This document shows positions 33,401-39,077 of a stretch of DNA of 50,003 nt, one piece after another. The notes beneath the pieces are model-generated. The model was not told the DNA's origin. It did not search any database and was given only the letters and a program-made list of their open reading frames with translations. A program made the position numbers and the translations under genes. The stretch lies in the IMG/VR virus record IMGVR_UViG_3300005805_000127, positions 1 through 50,003 of that record; one strand, given 5' to 3'. The number at the start of each line of letters is the position of its first letter. The first letter of the stretch is position 1. Source of the stretch: a virus. Taxonomy: Duplodnaviria; Caudoviricetes.

Positions 33401-36400
33401 ACTGATATCATCTATGCAGGTGGATATTATATTATTACTTCTACAAATAGCGCAACACCTATCTATAGAAGCAATGATGGTATAACATGGACAACTAACG
33501 GCTACTTCACACCATATGGTTCTACACCATATGATGATATACCATATGATATGACTTCAATTAATATTGCGGCACTATCATTGTATTCTGTTGCATATAA
33601 GAACGGTTACTACATGGCAGTAGGCGAAAGTATTGTACGTAGTGACGATACTTACGTATGGAGACAAAGTTTTAATTTCAACACGGTATTGAACAATACA
33701 CTATATAGTGTTAACCCAATTACATTATTGTCAGGACCTGTAACAATATTTGACGGATTTATCGCAGTTGGTAAAGGTCAGCGTTATGACTATTCAACTG
33801 GATTGACACAGATAGTTGATACTAACATTATTGTTCAGACAACTGACGGGATAGCCTGGACTCAACTTCCTTCTGTAACTAAGAAAGGAATGTATGGAGT
33901 TACTTCTAACAGTTCTATTGCATTGATTGTCGGTGAAGATGGTATAATTTACTATTCACAAAACGGAACTGATTGGATCGGTGTTACTGAGACACAAGTA
34001 ACAGGTATCAATGGTTCTACTGACGTATTGGGTATTAGTTCAATCAGTGGATTAGCAGTAAATGATGCTGTTAGATTTACAGATTCATTTGACGTACTAA
34101 ACAGTGGCACAACATACTATGTACATACCGTAGTATCTTCTACACAGATTCAAATTACAGACGCAATTGGTAATCCTCCAATTGATTTGTCAGGTGCAGG
34201 TTCTATACCAGCACAAACAATTATGTACAAGTACCCAAGAACAGAAACATTACGTGACGTTCTTTGGGCTAACTCACAATTTATGGCAGTGGGTGATGCA
34301 GGTAGAATTACTACTAGCCCAGACGGTGTAACTTGGACAGAAAGAACATCAGGTACTATTCAGAAACTTAATGGATTAAATTATGTTTCAGGTAATACTT
34401 GGATAGTAGTTGGTGACAATAATACTATATTAAAGAGCGTAGACAACGGTGTAACGTGGGAAAGTTCATCATTGTTTGTTGTAGCACCTACTGTATACGA
34501 TGTAGTTGGAGATCCATTCCAAGCAGGTTACGGTCCAGAAGAATTAGTACCAGGTGTTGTTACGGACGACTTAACAATGACGGTAATTACTCGTCCTGGA
34601 ACAAACTGGCCAATTACAGAATATGCACACAGTGGATATAATGTTGTATCATATGAACTTGTACCGACAACAGTAACACAGACCATTTACTATTGGGGCG
34701 GTAACGTATTAGTTCCTGCGCAGGTAGCATGCTTTGTTATCGACGGTACAACTGGATTATCAACATCATTGTATGAATCATTAGATTATACCGTTGATTG
34801 GATTAATAACGCTATAATATTGAACACTCCAATTAATTATCTAAGCCCATCCACTGATACATTAAGAATAGATGTATATGAAATTGGCAACGGTGATCAA
34901 TTAGTAAAAGCAAATACTAAGACAGACCCAATTAGAAACAATAATACAACTGGTTTCAATGAAATATATTTGAATTGCAACTATTCGAATCTATATTTCC
35001 AAGGCAGCGGTGTAATTAGACCGGGCTCACATGCTATTGAAGTGACCGCAGTTGCAACGAACGGTATTAATAATACTATCGTTTGTGATGATGTAACTCA
35101 GTTCACAGTTAATGCTCCTATATATTTCCAAGGAATAACATTTGGAAATATATTGGAAGACACAGCGTATTATGTAAAATCAATTAGTACGGTTACAAGT
35201 AGTATTACAGTATCAGCAAGTTACAATGCAATAACAGGTACCGCAGGTCCTACACTAACATTGACTACTGCTACAGGGTTAATGACTGCTATTATACAAA
35301 CCGGTACTGGTAGTGTTTGGACAGACCCAATTGTATATCACAATGGTACACAATTGGTATTAGGTAAAACTAATTCAGTAACAAGAACTAAGTCATCAAA
35401 TAATGCTATTACTACAAATTCGACAGGTGGTTTAATTGTTAACACTCCGATCAAATTTAGTAATACAATGTTTGGTGGTGTAATTATCCCACAAACTGTT
35501 TATTACATTAAGACTATTGTAGACAGTAATGAATTTACAATATCAGCGACCCCTGGTGGCCCAGTTATATCATTAACAAATGCTACGGGCGGTGCTGAAT
35601 TTGTAACTAACGATTATGCGTTTGGTCCTCAACCAAACGGAGTGTCTGCTAAAATGATATTGGCAGCACAATATGATAACTCTGTAGATTATTTGGTATA
35701 CAGCGTCTTTGGTGAAACAGCCCCAGATCAATATGCATTCACAATACCGCAAGTACAAGTGTTTACTGGTGACGGATCAACGTCTTTATTTGCATTAGAT
35801 AATTATGTAGGAGATGATAATCCATATAACGCTATTGTAGAAATTAATGGTCTACGTATAACCAAAGCGTTGTACAATATAAGCAGTGTAACAAATTCAA
35901 TATTATTCAATAGTCCTCCACTGAACGGTAGCACTATTGCAGTTACTACATATAATTCAACGGATCGTCAGTACTTTAATTCACAATATGGAATTACAGG
36001 AACACCAGGCTCAGCATTCGTACAAGTAATTGTTGAAAGCACTAATCACAGTGAGTACCCATTTGATGCAGTAATAAATGCAGGTGATTTTGATATTGGC
36101 TATGAATATGTGATTGATACAGTTGGAACAACTGACTTTACATTAATTGGCGCAGCAAGTAATACACCAGGAGTATCGTTTATAGCAACAGGTCCTGGAA
36201 CAGGTACAGGTACTGCATTTGTAGGATATGATACTACTGCATACGATGAAGAGTTGAATTGGTTAACATGCGCACCTGGCTATGATACATCAGGATTGAC
36301 TGTGGGTAGTTCAATTGTGTTTAGTGCTCCTACACTAGACGGTATCGTTGCAGGTACAACATATTTCATAACAGAAATATGGAATAGCACACAATTCGTA

Positions 36401-38263
36401 GTAAGTACCGAACTTGCAGGTGATGCATTACCGTTGACTGATGACACAGGATCAATGATTGCTACCGTTAACGGATTAACTGTAGCAGACATTACAAATA
36501 TTGATAACAATATTACGCCTCCACTAGCAACAACTAATGCAACCGCAACAAACGTAACGTCAGTAAGTGCAGGCTCATTCGTAGTTGGTAGACCATATGT
36601 CATATCAACTATTGGTACTACAGACTTTACACTAATTGGCGCCGCAAGTAACACAGTAGGGGAAACATTTACTGCAACTGGTATTGGTAGTGGCACAGGC
36701 ACAGCAGATTACTATGATATAACAGTAGCATCATCTGCTAATTTTGTTCTTGGACAAACAATACAGTTTAAGGGCACTGCATTTGGAAATCTTAATACCA
36801 ATGGTCTTGTATACTTTGTGAAATACTTTACTGCAGGTTCTGTAGTTATTGCAGATGAAAACGGAAATGTAATTCAAGTATCCAATGATACTGGAAACGT
36901 GATTGTTATAGTTGGTGGAACTCCAGCAGTAAGAGTAACTACAGGTGTACCGCATAACTTAACAGAAAACACATTGGTAAGAATCGATGGAGTAAGTGGT
37001 AGTACACAATTAAACAACAATACATACTATGTGAAAATAATTACTACAAACGTAGTAGACTTATACTTGCAACCATATAACCCAGGACCTACAGTAACTA
37101 ATTATCCTGTTACAGAGGTAAGTACATATACTGGTGGCGGTTATATGTGGAGAGATGAGTTATTCACTATCACTACAACTACTGCAACTGCAACTACTGC
37201 GGTAAGCAATTTAATTACTGTAGCATCAAATACTAGTTTAGTAGTCGATACGCCGGTAATATTTACATCTCCAGGCATTAGTATCGGTAATGTAATTATG
37301 GGTAACATCGTAGCAGGTACAACTTACTACGTTAAATCTAAGTCTGGAATAAACTCATTTACAATATCTGAAACTAGAGGAGGATCCACATTCGTTCTGA
37401 CTACCGATACTCCTGCATCTAGTGTAAACGTATCACAGTGGGATCAATATAATGTGGATCGTCTATGGGTAACTGTTAACGGATACCGTGTCCCTTCAAG
37501 CAAGTTGAGATTGAATACATACAATAACCTTAGTATCTTGACAACAGTTGTTCCAGGCGATGAAGTTATTATTACTAGCATGATTATCAACTCAACACCT
37601 GATGAGGAAGTTTATCAGTTGCTTGTAAATCAAAGTAATGAGCCTACAGTTTACAGAGCAAATACACAAACAAGAACTTGGTTGACTGCACCTCTCTATG
37701 AGTTAGACGAATTTATTGAAGTTGATGATGTTACTAGATTAACAGACAGTATAATTCAAACTGTGACAACTCCTGCTGCGGTTAATGGTATCTATACAAT
37801 AGGATTGACCGCAGATAAGAACTTGATTTCCAATGTAACAATCTATAACAACAATCCTTCAAGATTGGGGTTAATACCACAAAGTGCTTATTCGATTGTG
37901 GTTGAAGCATTATCTCCATTAGTCAAGTTGACCGCAGGGTCATATGTCCAACCCGGAGACATATTGACAGTTACTACATTAGAAGGTAAAGTGATCTATA
38001 TCAACGGAGAACAAATTAAGTACGAAACGATAGACTTAATCAATAACACATTATCCGGACTACAGCGTGGATTTAACGGTACTGGAATACAAACATATAT
38101 TCCGGTTTATACAGAGGTTTACAGCAGATTGTCTAACAATTTATTGACTGAAGTTGACTATAACTTAACTTGGAACTCAAATACTTATAATCCTGTAGAG
38201 GGCGACCCATTACAGATTAGTACAACAGCGGCCGCAGAATTCTTATATACGGATGTAACCTAA
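18473..38263 (+). CDS. Giant (6,596 aa) modular baseplate wedge / virion structural protein (gp7-like position)
   Basis: Uninterrupted 19.8 kb ORF after the gp6-like gene. Contains 'YINEVKPYHV', FG-GAP-like and Asp-box propeller repeats, and many beta-rich repeat modules. Confidence 0.8.
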   Translation: MATTRIRTLNFLPEIFQTPTNSQFLGATLDQLVNPPITKRIEGYVGSKLGYGVNAKDYYVTEPTKVRTDYQLDPGIVFTKKNESTAQDFITYPGILDSLRLEGGVTNNNDRMFESQFYSWDSFTNLDKIINFNQYYWLPDGPPAVQVAAATVFATNDYIVTDLANGYNIRTLGTGAGSINPTLILLRGGTYNFYVNQSSQFWIQTAPGTSGYNPTQPNVYTRDVFGVSNNGAEQGIVTFTVPAKDAQDQYNFPGNNLVDVVSTLPFAQINGQLLSAVGSIDGVTALNGLTVMFYDTGVPNETGYTSQYFGEGEYDTNIGLVTPLTITISATDVSGAITCNSTANLVAGQTITFDGTPFGGLDSYAISGTIYYVDSILSSTQFTVTSYQAGSPDPQPVTLSTAFGTMTGNINQGLLEEGYTSIVSQNFYQISYIGEPSDPVLRLTPVSIIPTDQRITPVYGSSWINRGFYRNTAGVISLIPAITAPLDTLYYQDGTSPTKVGMIKIIESNITNTLNVETDILGKKNFTSTNGIAFTNGLKVEFDGDVIPSSYLQGQYYVEGVGTAIELVPVNSLVCPEDFTEGDYIPYDTAPFDIGNYDSNLYVPVLQDYITIARNAINKNAWSRSNRWFHIDVINSTAEYNNNPDIVNVYATAEAKAKRPIIEFYPNLKLFESGIVGKSAVDFIDFKATDALSQVSGQTGYYPDVETYTDFTGTLNGVVSGTSTTATIATSDIVGTFQIGQYVTDLRFSTITTTYPSLLPSDAQITDIVEASGTTTLTIGWGDTLTFSTVNNVQFVGDDQQNDNYKVFDGARIVFAADTNVNVKNKIYIVNFSTVSSSLLPVITLTEAPNGDVLPQDQTVVLRGFNYQGDTYFYNGIEWIKAQQKTDVNQPPLFDVVDSNNISFGDKTVYRGTTFIGSKLFAYGIGSGLDDTILGFPIRYSSIDNVGDISFDVSLNVDTFDYVSGTDPKTQKVNTGYVLNYSDREVYERELGWQTAIGPSVQYQVFSFDYFVENPPADYVCDIAKLDDADSAWPTIQVYINNVLQTSDAYAVSVGANSTTVTLNNILNEDTVVQILLLSDQVSLKSYYTVPINLNNNPLNEDLTTANIGDIRAHYQTIYANNPNFQGPMFGSNNYRDLGDLVPYGTKIIQNSAALVLPGAFLRKQNHNLFDSLLFNSREYIKFKTLLVDTVNSTDYSQRFSPSYILDDALDQLSAAKSESQAFFWSDMLPSKAPYITNTYTFNNDLDTSVYPLSRIYDFSTANYYGVLVYLSRVIEGTVVERQLIKGEEYTVSDDSKSLTVVIPLQPADQIIVKEYNQTYGSYIPNTPTKLGLYPAFIPAVVLDSDYTQPTYFIKGHDGSYTKLYGDYNPTLGVLIDYRDQALLEFETRIYNNLKLSNPIPIQAYEVTPGFFRDSDYSYDEYLEIYEKNFLNWVGQNRLNYKRQYYDKNNPFTFNYTNSGNKLNNEPIQQGYWRGIYEYYFGTSTPNETPWELLGFVNQPSWWTDRYGPAPYTSDNLILWGDLEQGINWNNGNPYVIPEEVRPNLLKVLPVDSNGNLLSPLDAIVGNYNSQTFQQEWVIGDDAPVELSYRRSSTWPFDLMRIMALTKPAKFFNLGVDLDNYKYSTEFNQYLVNDRSHLIISNIEIYGTGIPKTSYINWIVDYEKQLGITATQNIKDLLFNIDVRLIYRLAGFSDKTLLKFYVEKGTPNSRNSSLLIPDESYQVLLYDNQPFDKNVYSSIIIQIDPAGFTVYGNSQSMAYFRTLTPANNGNYDYIKVDNSNVKITKDYSPKEILVPYGTTFYNVQDLSQFIANYGAWLNSKGFIFDQVEFGLEINWGQMIAEFLYWAQTGWGEGAILTLNPGATILKVDQPNSIVQPLTVQQTNFVLNQNLYPIQAVDMSVFRDGTLFTVKPLSQGDTIAYGQFNMSNFEHGIVFDNVTLFNDIIYNLVTGLRQTRITVRGTKTAEWNGTVTASGFILNQDNIQEWSREIKYTKGSIVLYKNKYWTALRIVQPANVFNENDWKETEYNEIQKGLLPNSSTRSYESTLYYDVNRANLEQDADLLSFSLIGYRPRDYLALADLTDITQINVYKNMIKNKGTRNAVEAFRGANLPQGGIDYEVYENWAIKSGQFGSITNNNFIEFKVNQEYMTANPSLVSLINGPSVALVQQEVPVYNLYNYSTPVQDPNILATIPKNAPARIYPDAGYVNFNDVKMSSYFYSGLANAVNKNGQVVPIQDFYVRNYVWLADYLAKWQVFTPVQNGRVVSVRANPNGTSTVTFAEPHNLSKLDPFAIINFNSNVDGYYFVTEVVNIFEVLINLSFLTNEGQINGEGIVVRFQSQRVDKPSDINNLPLLDSEFIKNTVWVDENTDGNWAVYRKSINYQFDREVTKDSSSSFGSAVAYTPRIGYLFADAGLGKVYRYVLNDLTKEYDNIQTLTQGTSFGSQVIIVDNTIFVSEPTSGTPKIYVYYVNNSILSDDIIPYQSAITAPGGVTNWGSALSASPDGNWLYVSDTDNNKVYVYRRQNFEVDAGYLIAGKTYAITNVGDTDFATISTTPTTTLNQIGEVFIATGAGTAGETGRARQINYELVNIIDGSVLGLSAGDNFGHSISTDYNGDTVLISAPYVDYSGSILNWGKAYAYHRSTQTFEAQLNTTGLQLFTLAWTGTTLNSATTQIYASNQIGVNVDFTGYENYPIVFAGSNFGTTGLQANKVYYIDTVVSSTRITVKESRSSASAVTLVAEAGLTINGYLQLEPLYVTVNGTLIADNNYSVIGSTLNYTAPLLAGDIVNVSGDKFTLIQSFTTNRDPRVGVQYGFSVATNNPGTDLLVGAPFDLSDINEEGGVYRYTNGGSKYGVVIGVDEVNVTANRVLLINGYSVTIPPGNATVAANAIVSEKITNITAAATDDNKLIIQIINTDLTQPNEKLLITAIDTNTLTELGLQVYTETQVIRCPHKSGPTQFGYNIKFNELNSIVVSAPVATRFAGTRFDFSDDETVENDTIFDNNATQFVDKSPNCGAVYMYDYLANFNENLNDPGQYIYAQSVNNYNLDYGFSPLYGQALSFSNNRVLVGSPNFLPEVYDGQIVIYINPTGEADWSVYRESAPVVDINKIKNIQLFSAETNNTLVNLDYIDPLQGKILGACRENIDVVSNNDPARYNSTDADQPGVVWGASQVGQLWFNTTNVRFVNYHQNNDANYNAKYWGTVFPGSDVAVYSWITSNVPPNQYIGPGTPYDITLYSTQNILNASNNVTPVYFFWVRNSNIIFRKEGKTLSDTIIETYITNPKNSGISFFAPLLQNVYAIYNSGSYYNANDSVLHIGYSNGRGDDSGHDEYTLIRANYADDFLPGLPNELLTHGFDANIHGNTPAGNNRPESLYDRLLDSLAGVDEGGEVVPNPWLPKAVQSGVLARPRQSFFFDRFEALKNYLTYANEVLAQYPISEIRRNASFLFAEGEFFNTTDYWEYVNWWATGYDNNTKSAIQVAIYADLATLTVPVNTIVTVNTNGDGKFEVYRYDGDGVWTRIGLQQGTIQFKLYLWDYAAGKTGFGDNFFDTSSYDEFPSEETRYIVRALNEQIYTDELLIYRNKSLVLLFEYIQSETDESQNYLPWLNKTSLVDVSHKIRELRPIEVFQSDNQDFLAGYINEVKPYHVVVKEFVFKYTGEEVFDGNITDFDLPATYNTALQQYITPELVQSNVSSDSQYLPTNPIWQTQPYNQWFQNRGVSIGGQTEFEITVLASYLTLRTSFILVDNAQGFPINGLIRIGQELLSYSYVDRATNIISGIIRGVNNTPISDHIPGEKIFIDLPPIVVLNGGRGYIDPPRVIAYVDEAVYGPPLRAAVLEAVMTLDSVLQVNVIDPGQGYPVLPEIRIDPAVQIIFSSADVNSFTNTIRLYAPNLRTGDLIQYKKGEIGSEIGGLVDRQWYYVNLLESDPTAVVGLYQSYGDALNDRDRIQIYNDGSGNDHALNLGAKASAITTASPVRENNIKLRFDRTTYTSQVQDWEAGQYYGAFFAGSYSNSEKVSSSAVKLYSSQPPIEEILASAQGVAFEIVSVNNDRNLSWSSFVRTVDRTVSTNNLIRLKPYDDGTGDPNSSGSTIGFYVGMPIKFSGQIPSPLTIDTIYYVHSIVNITDFTVSATEGGPQLTGFSTVIIPATPGAYAYSGQVVDKAVLTVNYPGILTATATQTATNRVTIPLTEIGTGGTIGFYVGLPLFFTDGVFGGVTQNQVYYVTTIVDNQTFTMSETTDPLMLSVTATTAGTNIITIEANEDLSVNEPIIFNEMQIAGADVTSFGNIVSGTTYYINEIVSTTQIKISTAINGTVFALTTVAAASNTGCTLTSQVNTLPLTTATGSMTVNVSLPVSPGQVNGQQFILYETSGQYADIQVVGADITNLIERTLTATLENDKVGIKNSTGGVDNFYYNLPIRVETPPAGSGLSAGTTYYVVEYTGMEDPLNPGEYFPNLETEVYNTSSSYNILTCDSTDNLYVGMSIVFTGQALGGIVISDEYFVRYFVTDAGDFVVGKTYTIEVPGTTNFVAIGAADNNPGTTFVATGVGSGTGTAYGEYPSVGGTKFKISDVKGGSVKTLTTSNGLMTGTGDPYVKLSLSSSGSPEDLNYTNTEFNLVQFPSSSESPPILPTFDVSYILGGYRVLISNGGHGFAIDNQLVIPGNQLGGSTPTNDLTMIVNSIDSNGAITDVICSGTVPGINARYYLKVISPNQFEVYSDPLMQVPVSGIDFPFVGFTTTTATAVTASNDRVTVTSSSDFDVNDPVVFTGTMFSSEISVGQTYYIYDKPTSTTVRLTTEPGGSIINFTSNASGSMTMAKAGSFALLPEPFYFNQSIVKFNNRVYICVVSNNDDEFIFGKWELLDPADRRLNALDRTIGYYQPTDNMPGVDLTQLYTGITYPNATYLGNPFAPADQFTLDTELQGQEFYPTEVDVTSVIWNGTNYLAAANIPTYSAVLGSSTGDTWAIAKLANVGIGATDIIYAGGYYIITSTNSATPIYRSNDGITWTTNGYFTPYGSTPYDDIPYDMTSINIAALSLYSVAYKNGYYMAVGESIVRSDDTYVWRQSFNFNTVLNNTLYSVNPITLLSGPVTIFDGFIAVGKGQRYDYSTGLTQIVDTNIIVQTTDGIAWTQLPSVTKKGMYGVTSNSSIALIVGEDGIIYYSQNGTDWIGVTETQVTGINGSTDVLGISSISGLAVNDAVRFTDSFDVLNSGTTYYVHTVVSSTQIQITDAIGNPPIDLSGAGSIPAQTIMYKYPRTETLRDVLWANSQFMAVGDAGRITTSPDGVTWTERTSGTIQKLNGLNYVSGNTWIVVGDNNTILKSVDNGVTWESSSLFVVAPTVYDVVGDPFQAGYGPEELVPGVVTDDLTMTVITRPGTNWPITEYAHSGYNVVSYELVPTTVTQTIYYWGGNVLVPAQVACFVIDGTTGLSTSLYESLDYTVDWINNAIILNTPINYLSPSTDTLRIDVYEIGNGDQLVKANTKTDPIRNNNTTGFNEIYLNCNYSNLYFQGSGVIRPGSHAIEVTAVATNGINNTIVCDDVTQFTVNAPIYFQGITFGNILEDTAYYVKSISTVTSSITVSASYNAITGTAGPTLTLTTATGLMTAIIQTGTGSVWTDPIVYHNGTQLVLGKTNSVTRTKSSNNAITTNSTGGLIVNTPIKFSNTMFGGVIIPQTVYYIKTIVDSNEFTISATPGGPVISLTNATGGAEFVTNDYAFGPQPNGVSAKMILAAQYDNSVDYLVYSVFGETAPDQYAFTIPQVQVFTGDGSTSLFALDNYVGDDNPYNAIVEINGLRITKALYNISSVTNSILFNSPPLNGSTIAVTTYNSTDRQYFNSQYGITGTPGSAFVQVIVESTNHSEYPFDAVINAGDFDIGYEYVIDTVGTTDFTLIGAASNTPGVSFIATGPGTGTGTAFVGYDTTAYDEELNWLTCAPGYDTSGLTVGSSIVFSAPTLDGIVAGTTYFITEIWNSTQFVVSTELAGDALPLTDDTGSMIATVNGLTVADITNIDNNITPPLATTNATATNVTSVSAGSFVVGRPYVISTIGTTDFTLIGAASNTVGETFTATGIGSGTGTADYYDITVASSANFVLGQTIQFKGTAFGNLNTNGLVYFVKYFTAGSVVIADENGNVIQVSNDTGNVIVIVGGTPAVRVTTGVPHNLTENTLVRIDGVSGSTQLNNNTYYVKIITTNVVDLYLQPYNPGPTVTNYPVTEVSTYTGGGYMWRDELFTITTTTATATTAVSNLITVASNTSLVVDTPVIFTSPGISIGNVIMGNIVAGTTYYVKSKSGINSFTISETRGGSTFVLTTDTPASSVNVSQWDQYNVDRLWVTVNGYRVPSSKLRLNTYNNLSILTTVVPGDEVIITSMIINSTPDEEVYQLLVNQSNEPTVYRANTQTRTWLTAPLYELDEFIEVDDVTRLTDSIIQTVTTPAAVNGIYTIGLTADKNLISNVTIYNNNPSRLGLIPQSAYSIVVEALSPLVKLTAGSYVQPGDILTVTTLEGKVIYINGEQIKYETIDLINNTLSGLQRGFNGTGIQTYIPVYTEVYSRLSNNLLTEVDYNLTWNSNTYNPVEGDPLQISTTAAAEFLYTDVT

Positions 38264-38265
38264 AT

Positions 38266-38273
38266 GATAAATA
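38266..38273 (+). promoter_or_regulatory. Late promoter candidate GATAAATA
   Basis: Octamer 5 nt upstream of the ATG at 38279. Confidence 0.6.
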
Positions 38274-38278
38274 AAGAA

Positions 38279-38428
38279 ATGAACGAAAATAAGTCGAATA
38301 ATACTGATAAAAAGCCGGAACAAACCACAAAGCCAAATGAGCATGTGGGGTTCTACTTTTCTTCAAGTGTTAAAATTTTTGATCCAAATTCCAAAGAGGT
38401 TTTAGTTCAAAAGCGAGGGGATGATTAA
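38279..38428 (+). CDS. Small 49-aa protein missed by the ORF track
   Basis: MNENKSNNTDKKPEQTTKPNEHVGFYFSSSVKIFDPNSKEVLVQKRGDD*. It fills the gap exactly, overlaps the next gene by TAATG, and resembles that gene's N-terminus. Confidence 0.75.
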   Translation: MNENKSNNTDKKPEQTTKPNEHVGFYFSSSVKIFDPNSKEVLVQKRGDD

Positions 38429-39048
38429 TGTCTGTGATTACCTTGTCATATAAAGTTGAGGGCTTCCTCAAAATCTATGATCCAAATAATGGAGAAGTTT
38501 TTGTGGATAAGAAAAACGCCATCAACTACGAAAACATGAGCGAGGCTATCGCAGATACATTAAGTAGTAGAGGTTATGGTGAAATTTATCAAATGGCCTT
38601 TGGAAACGGTGGTGCTAGCGTAGATGAAACAGGTATTATTACATATCTGCCGCCCAATACAACTGGGCAAAATGCCGCTCTTTATAACGAAACCTACGCT
38701 AAAATCGTTGATGATACCAGCGTTTTTAACTTAGACCCAACTAGAAATAAAATGACGGTGTTTCACACTACAGGTCGTTTATATACAGATATTTTAGTTC
38801 AGTGTTTATTAGATTACGGCGAGCCAGCAGGGCAGGCTGCGTTTGATAACAGCACCCAAACTGACTCAAGTTATGTGTTTGACGAATTGGGATTATTGGC
38901 AAATTATGGTACGGATAGCAACGGAAATGTCATAACAAGACTGTTGACCCACGTGATTTTCCACCCTGTACAGAAGTCATTGAATCGACAGATTCAGATA
39001 GACTATACAGTGAGGATTCAGAGCCTAACTAATTTAGTAACTATTTAA
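38428..39048 (+). CDS. Virion structural protein (baseplate / tail-fibre attachment-like)
   Basis: 'MAFGNGG', 'FDELGL', 'LLTHVIFHPVQKSLNRQIQIDYTVRI' pattern, reminiscent of tail-collar/fibre attachment domains; structural gene context. Confidence 0.55.
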   Translation: MSVITLSYKVEGFLKIYDPNNGEVFVDKKNAINYENMSEAIADTLSSRGYGEIYQMAFGNGGASVDETGIITYLPPNTTGQNAALYNETYAKIVDDTSVFNLDPTRNKMTVFHTTGRLYTDILVQCLLDYGEPAGQAAFDNSTQTDSSYVFDELGLLANYGTDSNGNVITRLLTHVIFHPVQKSLNRQIQIDYTVRIQSLTNLVTI

Positions 39049-39056
39049 GATAAATA
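39049..39056 (+). promoter_or_regulatory. Late promoter candidate GATAAATA
   Basis: Octamer immediately after the stop codon and before a GGAG RBS (39065-39068). Confidence 0.6.
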
Positions 39057-39077
39057 AATTCATCGGAGTGATTGATT

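Noticed and set aside
36076-36707. Diversity-generating retroelement TR/VR pair
   Set aside because: The similar segments differ mostly at synonymous positions rather than only at adenines, both are in-frame coding, and there is no RT nearby.
18473-38263. Stop-codon reassignment or intein/intron explaining the giant ORF
   Set aside because: Genes tile densely in the standard code, and no intein splice motifs or homing endonuclease motifs were noticed.
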